A stretch of 9,514 nt of DNA, taken from sequence record Ga0181573_10006419; one strand, given 5' to 3'. The notes under the pieces were generated by a model that did not search any database, was not told the DNA's origin, and saw only the letters and a list, made by a program, of their open reading frames with translations. Shown piece by piece: positions 4,983 to 9,514 of the stretch. The stretch's first letter is position 1. Each line of letters starts with the position of its first letter. This DNA is from a metagenome. A program made the position numbers and the translations under genes.

Positions 4983-7900
4983 TCAGACGGCGGAGATGAC
5001 TCGGCGACGCTCGTCGTCGCGTATTCGCAGACGCGCGGCGTCGATGACTCTACGAATGTCTTCGACGGATTTGGCGGTTTTCGACGCGAGGTTCGTGGAG
5101 AGCGCGGAGTACGCGTCCGCGATGATGTCGTCTCTCGGTCGACGCGTCGGAAGCGGCGGCCGTTTCTTAGCCGTTTCTTCACCGTCGTCGTCGTTGTCAT
5201 CGTCAGCCTCTTGTTTTTCCGGTTGTTCGGGATTTCGCGCGACGACGCCTGGGAGATTGTAATTGTTCGTCGCCTTTGATGATTCGACGAGCGCGGCGTC
5301 GTACTCCTCGTCTCTCGCCGCGTACTCTTCGTAGAGTTCCCGCACGCCGAGGTGGAACCAGCTCTCGAGCGTGTCCACGGCGTTGAATCCAAGAGATACG
5401 AGCGGTTTATGAAGCGTCGCCGCCGTGTTTTTGCGCGGCTTCATAGCCTTGGCGCACGCTCTCAAATCTCTGACGAATCGATTTGGATCGCCAATCTTGC
5501 GGTCGAGCGCGAGATCAATCAATCGTGACGCTTGTGCGCAATTGTCAAAGAAACGATCGTATTTGCGCGTCTTGAGTAGTTCGCGCGTGCACTTGGCGAT
5601 CGCCGCGCGAACGACCGCCCGAGATCGTCGAACTCGGATTCGAAGCGCCTCGCACGCCGCCTCGTGAGATTGTTCGTCATCCGCAGGCGGTTTTTCAGGC
5701 ATCTTCTCGCTCGCGACAAACCTCGCCGCGACGTGCGAGCGCGAATCGGCGAACACCGCGGGTACGTCGACGTCGGCGATGTGCTCAGCCGCGCGACGCA
5801 TCGTTCGTTCGACGGCTTCGGCGTCCAGACTGGGGTCGACGTCCACGAGCGCTCCATCGCACGCAAAAAAGTGCTTGACTGCATCCGGAATCGCCTCGCT
5901 CGGTAGATTGACGGACGCGATGACGTAGAGCCCACCTTCTCCCGAGGAGGACGCGGGGTAACAATCCGAAACCGTGCTCTGCACGAGGTCCCACAGGGCG
6001 CTGGTGGTGACGCCCAAGGTTTCTCCATCTGGCTCGGCGGTTTGCGCCAGGGCCCACAATTCTAAATCCGGCATGATGAGCGTCGTCCTCGTTCGGGTCG
6101 CCTGTCTGAGAGGTTCGAGCAGCGCCGGTCCGACGCCATGATGTGCGTCTCCGTCTCCGCAGGCTATGAGGGAAGTAAGACTGATTAAATGCGTCGAAGT
6201 GCCACTCAACGCGTTGAGCAGGACGTCGACGATTTCGCGTTGCCCGTTGCCCGGTTCGCCGGCAATAAGCAAGCGACAGCCTTGTCTCGCGGGTCCGTCG
6301 ACGATCGCCTCGTCATGAGACGGCGGCGTTTTCGGTGCCAGCGCCAGCGCGTCGACCTCGGCGCAATCATCGTCGTCGTCATCGTCTCCGTTGCCCCGGA
6401 CGACGTCGATGGCGCCGGCGGCGACCAACGCGCCCTCTACGTCGCCTCGTGTGGCGAGTGCCATCTTCTTGACTGCACACCTCGGCGTCACCGGAGCCCC
6501 GCGGCGAATGAACTCGTACAATGCTTGACGAACATTCTCTCCGAGAACCGGGTAGAGGTAGCTCTCGATCGGTCGTCCTCGAGGGACGAGCGCCGCCGCG
6601 GCGGTTCGCGCCGAACACGCGCTCGAAGTCGTCGTCAATGCGTGCGTCCAATCTCTCGAAGCCACCGTGATGCCCTCTCGTCGACTCTCTCGATACTTTT
6701 CTCGTCGCTTCAACGCGTCGTCTTGCGCTTCCTTGATCCGTGCACTCAGCTTTTTGTTTTCAAACTCGGGATCCATCGGGAGCAATTCAACGTTGACGTT
6801 GGGTCGAAAGAGTTGCATCCACTTTTCCTCTCCGTTGAAAATGTTCGAGTCATCGTACTGAATCCTGTGAGTGACGGTGTTGCGATCGTAACCAACGATT
6901 GTCGCGTCGTGAAGAACGTCTTCCAACGGCCAGTACACGCGGATACGCTTTCCAAGCGCTTCAAACTGTTCCAGCGATAGGCTCGCGCCGACGCGGCCGT
7001 GAGAACTCTCGACGCGCGCCTCCTCCATCGCCGCCTCGGCGCTCGGAGGAGGCGGAAGCCTAGACTCGAGCTCGACAGCCAAAGAGTCGCGCGTTGGATC
7101 GCCCTTGAGCAAAGACGGACACGTTCTCTGAAGTGCGCTCATGAGAGCGGCGTTGGCGATGGCGCGCAAATCGGCGCCCGCGCACCCTTCGGTGCGCGCC
7201 GCGACGGCTTCGAGGGTGGCTCTCGTCGGCGCGGGCGTCCACCCGCGAGTATGCACGCCGAGAATGTCTGCTCGTGCGCGCGCATCCGGTAAACCAAAGA
7301 ATAGTTCGCGGTCGAAACGACCCGGACGCCGAAGCGCGGCGTCAACCGCGTCTGGCCGATTGGTAGAGGCGACGACGACGACGGAGCCTCTGCCAGATAA
7401 GCCATCCATCAACGCGAGGAGCGTGGCCACGACGGAGGAGTGAATCTCATCCTGCGCCCCGGACGCACCGCCTCCGCCGCGTCGAGCGGGCGCCAACCCG
7501 TCAATCTCGTCGAAAAATATAATGCTCGGCTGATGCTTCTCCGCCTCCTCAAAGAGCAATCTGAGCTTGCGCTCCGCCTCGCCGCTATACTTGCCCAAGC
7601 AATCCGCGCCCAGACGACTAAAGAAACTGATTGGCCGCGGTCCTCGAGCGGCGGCGCCGAGCATGGCGCGAACTGCCGCGGTCTTACCCGTCCCCGGGGG
7701 TCCATGAAGGAGGACACCGCGCGCCGCTCCAGCGCCCAGCGTCTCAAACATTTCCGGATACGCGAGCGGCAAAAGCGTCATCTCTTTGAGCGTCTTGACG
7801 TGCTCCTCCATGCCTGCGAGCGACTCCCAACCCTGTGAGTACGCAGACACACCCATTCCACCACCGACGACGACTCGTGGAATCTCAGACTTGTCCTTTT

Positions 7901-8855
7901 CGAAACGCCTCGATTCTCTCAGCCTAAAGGCTTCCTCGTCATCCGCAATGGCGCCCACCTTGTCCTTTTCGGCACTCAATCGGGCGCCCGCCTCCATGAC
8001 AGCCTGATAAATCGCCCCTTCCCGCGTGTTCATAAACTTTTCATCATTCATCTTGATGCGTTTCCTCGACCCCCCGCGCCGCTGCTTGCGTCTCTTCTCC
8101 GCGTCCTCCTCGGCGGCGGCTCTAATCCTATTCAAAATCGGCGTCGCGCCCGGCGCGCGCGGCGCCACTCGCTGCGCTTCGTTCCCGCCCGCCGCACCCG
8201 ACGGCCCAGCCCCGGCTCCAGTCATCGCACGACGAGCGTGGTGATCGTCTAAACCGTCCTCTCCCCCGCTCCCAGAATCCCCCCGAATCATCGTCTGCGT
8301 CGTCGTCTGCGTCGTCGTCGTCTGTTGCTGCTCCGCCTCCTCCACGCCCACGTCTTGCCAACGCGCGTCCGCCCGCTCCGTCGCCAACCTCCGCACGTGT
8401 CTCGGACACGCCAGCATAAATTCACTCTGCGCGAACGAACAATTCGCTTCGTGCGCGCACGTCAAGTGATAACTCCTCGGACACTCCTCTATCCCGCACC
8501 CGATCGCCGCGCCTTTGAGTTTACACCACGCGCACGTCATTTGTTTCGCCCGCTTCATCGCCGTCTCAACCTTTCTCAACCGCTCCATCCGCGCGTCAAA
8601 GTACACTTCCGGGCACCACAACGCGCACGCTTGATGCGCGTGTTTCGGCGTCGTGTCCTTCCCGTCCAGGAGCACCGGTCCGACCCACTCGTCCAAGTCG
8701 AGCGCGTCGTAGCATCGTTTCAGCACCTTTTTCGGTCGTCGATTTCGGGGCTCTTTCGGGCACAAAAAGCACGTCCTCTCCAGGTGCTGCCGCGCCGACG
8801 GCGGCGCGGGGGCGACTCCACCGGCGACTCCGCCCCCGAGTCTCTCGCTCGACAT
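4983..8855 (-). CDS. ATAD2: ATAD2/Yta7-family tandem AAA+ chromatin ATPase (1290 aa) with an N-terminal extended-PHD zinc finger, an internal Tudor-like domain and a degenerate C-terminal bromodomain-like region
   Basis: This is an uninterrupted ORF. The track start at 8921 is TTG, and the first ATG is at 8853-8855 (MSSERLGGG...). The stop is TGA at 4983-4985. The Walker A motif GPPGTGKT is at 7680-7703. The blocks ISFFSRLGADCLGKYSGEAERKLRLLFEEA, PSIIFFDEIDGLAP, DEIHSSVVATLLALMDGL and ASTNRPDAVDAALRRPGRFDRE closely match remembered ATAD2/Yta7 sequences. The second, degenerate AAA begins RLLIAGEPGNGQ. Confidence 0.93.
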   Translation of the reverse strand: MSSERLGGGVAGGVAPAPPSARQHLERTCFLCPKEPRNRRPKKVLKRCYDALDLDEWVGPVLLDGKDTTPKHAHQACALWCPEVYFDARMERLRKVETAMKRAKQMTCAWCKLKGAAIGCGIEECPRSYHLTCAHEANCSFAQSEFMLACPRHVRRLATERADARWQDVGVEEAEQQQTTTTQTTTQTMIRGDSGSGGEDGLDDHHARRAMTGAGAGPSGAAGGNEAQRVAPRAPGATPILNRIRAAAEEDAEKRRKQRRGGSRKRIKMNDEKFMNTREGAIYQAVMEAGARLSAEKDKVGAIADDEEAFRLRESRRFEKDKSEIPRVVVGGGMGVSAYSQGWESLAGMEEHVKTLKEMTLLPLAYPEMFETLGAGAARGVLLHGPPGTGKTAAVRAMLGAAARGPRPISFFSRLGADCLGKYSGEAERKLRLLFEEAEKHQPSIIFFDEIDGLAPARRGGGGASGAQDEIHSSVVATLLALMDGLSGRGSVVVVASTNRPDAVDAALRRPGRFDRELFFGLPDARARADILGVHTRGWTPAPTRATLEAVAARTEGCAGADLRAIANAALMSALQRTCPSLLKGDPTRDSLAVELESRLPPPPSAEAAMEEARVESSHGRVGASLSLEQFEALGKRIRVYWPLEDVLHDATIVGYDRNTVTHRIQYDDSNIFNGEEKWMQLFRPNVNVELLPMDPEFENKKLSARIKEAQDDALKRREKYRESRREGITVASRDWTHALTTTSSACSARTAAAALVPRGRPIESYLYPVLGENVRQALYEFIRRGAPVTPRCAVKKMALATRGDVEGALVAAGAIDVVRGNGDDDDDDDCAEVDALALAPKTPPSHDEAIVDGPARQGCRLLIAGEPGNGQREIVDVLLNALSGTSTHLISLTSLIACGDGDAHHGVGPALLEPLRQATRTRTTLIMPDLELWALAQTAEPDGETLGVTTSALWDLVQSTVSDCYPASSSGEGGLYVIASVNLPSEAIPDAVKHFFACDGALVDVDPSLDAEAVERTMRRAAEHIADVDVPAVFADSRSHVAARFVASEKMPEKPPADDEQSHEAACEALRIRVRRSRAVVRAAIAKCTRELLKTRKYDRFFDNCAQASRLIDLALDRKIGDPNRFVRDLRACAKAMKPRKNTAATLHKPLVSLGFNAVDTLESWFHLGVRELYEEYAARDEEYDAALVESSKATNNYNLPGVVARNPEQPEKQEADDDNDDDGEETAKKRPPLPTRRPRDDIIADAYSALSTNLASKTAKSVEDIRRVIDAARLRIRDDERRRVISAV
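5322..5660 (-). other. Domain: bromodomain-like helical region, apparently degenerate
   Basis: EALRIRVRRS...TRKYDRFF-DNCAQ-ASRLIDLALDRKIGDPNRFVRDLRACAKAMKPR lines up by eye with ATAD2 ELRIFLRNV...KRFRVFTKPV...(ZA loop)...ISKIDLHKYLTVKDYLRDIDLICSNALEYNPD. About 20 ZA-loop residues are missing, and Lys replaces the acetyl-lysine-anchoring Asn. Confidence 0.45.
5862..6281 (-). other. Domain: degenerate second AAA-like module (AAA2), as in ATAD2/Yta7
   Basis: GCRLLIAGEPGNGQREIV...TLIMPDLELW...LYVIASVN parallels ATAD2 PRLLIVGEPGFGQ...SIVYVPHIHVWW...VLLLATSD. There is no Lys-Thr in the P-loop position. Confidence 0.7.
6801..6959 (-). other. Domain: plant-type Tudor-like domain inserted between AAA1 and AAA2
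   Basis: ALGKRIRVYWPLEDVLHDATIVGYDRNTVTHRIQYDDSNIFNGEEKWMQLFRP matches the G-K-R-[IV]-x-V-[YW]-W-P-L-D...Y-x-G-x-[IV]...H-x-[IV]-x-Y-[DE]-D-G pattern. I recall this pattern from the plant PDS5 and MSH6 Tudor domains. Confidence 0.6.
7122..7826 (-). other. Domain: catalytic AAA+ module (AAA1)
   Basis: Walker A, Walker B (IIFFDEID) and the second region of homology with Arg fingers (RRPGRFDRE) are all intact. Confidence 0.92.
8397..8771 (-). other. Domain: extended PHD (PHD-like HC5HC2H-type) zinc finger of the ATAD2-like protein
   Basis: The Cys/His ladder is CFLC...H.H..CALWCPEVYF...CAWC...C....C....H..C...(16)...C..H. The HQACALWCPEV block matches the ePHD signature (H-x2-C-A-x-W-x-PEV). 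Confidence 0.75.
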
Positions 8856-8924
8856 CCGTCTCTCCTCCGCCCCGTCGGCGTCTGGCGCACCGACGGTTCG
8901 TTGGTTTCCATCCACATTCAAACA

Positions 8925-8939
8925 TCAGTCAGTCAGTCA
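8925..8939. repeat. (TCAG) tetranucleotide repeat, about 3.75 units, in the 5' leader/promoter of the ATAD2-like gene
   Basis: Read directly from the sequence: TCAGTCAGTCAGTCA, followed by the imperfect continuation TCGGTCAGTCGTCATC. Confidence 0.85.
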
Positions 8940-8960
8940 TCGGTCAGTCGTCATCACGTC

Positions 8961-8988
8961 AAACCCTAACTAAACCCTAACTAAACCC
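8961..8988. promoter_or_regulatory. Tandem telo-box cluster: (AAACCCTAACT) x2 + AAACCC, an interstitial plant-type telomere-like motif in a divergent promoter
   Basis: AAACCCTAA occurs at 8961-8969 and 8972-8980, with a partial AAACCC at 8983-8988. The cluster lies about 106 nt upstream of the ATG at 8855 (- strand gene) and about 407 nt upstream of the ATG at 9395 (+ strand). Confidence 0.7.
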
Positions 8989-8991
8989 GCA

Positions 8992-9007
8992 CCTAGAGTC
9001 CTAGAGT
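8992..9007. repeat. (CCTAGAGT)x2 tandem octamer
   Basis: Read directly from the sequence, immediately after the telo-box cluster. Confidence 0.85.
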
Positions 9008-9394
9008 CATCACTCAAGAATTAGACCAAGGGTCGGTCGGTTTTTCAAACCTGATGAAAAAAGCCTCTCACCCTCCATCCCAGTCGTCGTCGTCGGTCCC
9101 GTGTAGTAGAGACGAAAAGGACCGGCGATCCATCGGAGCGGTCAAAAATCGAGCGCCGAACCCGTCGTTTTCTTTCATGGGCAAAAATCCCGCGCACAGC
9201 GAGGATAGATGTCGCATCGCAGAGGTCCCTGAAGCACGTTTTCGTCGTACAGAGGTGCGAAAACGCCCGATGAAACCGATCGGTCAAAAATCGGTCGTCG
9301 CGTCGCGTCGCGTCGGTCGTGACTCTTTCGTCTCGGTGTCGGGGCGTTCGTTCGTTCGAGAGAGAGAGACGACGACGCGACGACGACGACGACG

Positions 9395-9514
9395 ATGACG
9401 CGACGACGAGGAAGGGAAGACGACGGGGCGACGGTGATGCCGCCGAGCGTGATGGAACGCGGACCGACCGGGGAGGAAAAGGGCGACGCGGTCGGTGGAC
9501 GAGAGGCGGCGGCG
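9395..9514 (+). CDS. Probable 5' end of a + strand gene running off the window (MTRRRGREDDGATVMPPSVMERGPTGEEKGDAVGGREAAA...)
   Basis: The ATG at 9395-9397 opens a frame with no stop to the window end (40 codons) and mostly G/C third positions. Its orientation is divergent from the ATAD2-like gene. The stretch is too short to identify, and an in-frame ATG at 9437 is an alternative start. Confidence 0.3.
   Translation, partial: MTRRRGREDDGATVMPPSVMERGPTGEEKGDAVGGREAAA

Noticed and set aside
8289-8320. A 12-bp tandem repeat, (TCGTCTGCGTCG)x2, inside the ATAD2-like CDS.
   Set aside because: It is in frame and encodes the TTTTQTTTQT low-complexity linker between the ePHD and the basic region. 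It is ordinary codon-repeat slippage in a disordered linker and needs no further explanation.
8856-8921. N-terminal extensions implied by the ORF track, such as MNVDGNQ... at 8921, MVYKRQ... with poly-Asp at 2042, MQKEHP... at 4833 and MAFVDQ... at 2025.
   Set aside because: Direct reading shows these first codons are TTG, not ATG. In a eukaryotic nuclear gene the first ATG is the sensible start, for example MG... for CHMP6, which restores the expected myristoylation-type N-terminus. The poly-Asp is just the (GTC)11 microsatellite read through.
8961-8988. A true telomere or chromosome end.
   Set aside because: There are only 2.5 units, the period is 11 bp rather than the 7-bp TTTAGGG repeat, and unique genic sequence flanks both sides. 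It is an interstitial motif, not a terminal array.
9052-9229. A possible box C/D snoRNA, with CTGATGA at 9051-9057 and CTGA at about 9226-9229.
   Set aside because: The boxes are about 175 nt apart, which is long for a C/D snoRNA. There is no terminal stem flanking them, no obvious D'/C' boxes, and no guide sequence that I can verify. The motifs are short enough to occur by chance.
9054-9398. A 114-aa + strand ORF (a true ATG at 9054) and the overlapping 80-aa - strand ORF at 9045-9287.
   Set aside because: The composition is basic and Ser/Arg-rich with no motifs and no clear third-position bias. The - strand ORF starts with TTG. The + strand ORF ends in the (CGA)n low-complexity run. Both are more likely 5' UTR or promoter of the gene starting at 9395.

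Overview
This is not a prokaryotic window. It is GC-rich, very compact, apparently intron-free protein-coding DNA. It carries an intron-containing nuclear-type tRNA followed by a Pol III T-run, an ESCRT-III gene, an ATAD2/Yta7-type chromatin ATPase and plant-type telomere-like (AAACCCTAA) motifs. The best explanation is nuclear DNA of a picoeukaryotic green alga (Mamiellophyceae, Ostreococcus-like); that assignment is inferred from composition and gene content only. Layout: tRNA-Pro(CGG) with intron (14-127, +); an AT-rich repeat patch (128-340); a low-complexity repeat-motif protein (501-1850, -); a small basic protein (2217-2765, +); a SirB1/transglutaminase-like+TPR protein (2826-4034, -); CHMP6/VPS20 (4099-4767, -); a 1290-aa ATAD2/Yta7-like AAA+ protein (4983-8855, -); a repeat-rich divergent promoter with telo-boxes (8925-9008); and the likely 5' end of another gene (9395-9514, +). 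Caution on the ORF track: I checked the nucleotides, and the first 'M' of ORFs 501..2042, 2025..2765, 4099..4833, 4983..8921 and 9045..9287 is a TTG codon. For a eukaryote I therefore trimmed these ORFs to the first suitable ATG. I found no CRISPR array, operon or defence-island structure. The most unusual items are the reader-domain architecture of the ATAD2-like gene (ePHD + plant-type Tudor insert + decayed bromodomain), the orphan duplicate of the tRNA 3' end with a triplicated AT-rich motif, and the tandem telo-box cluster. All homology calls are by-eye comparisons with remembered family motifs. No searches were run.
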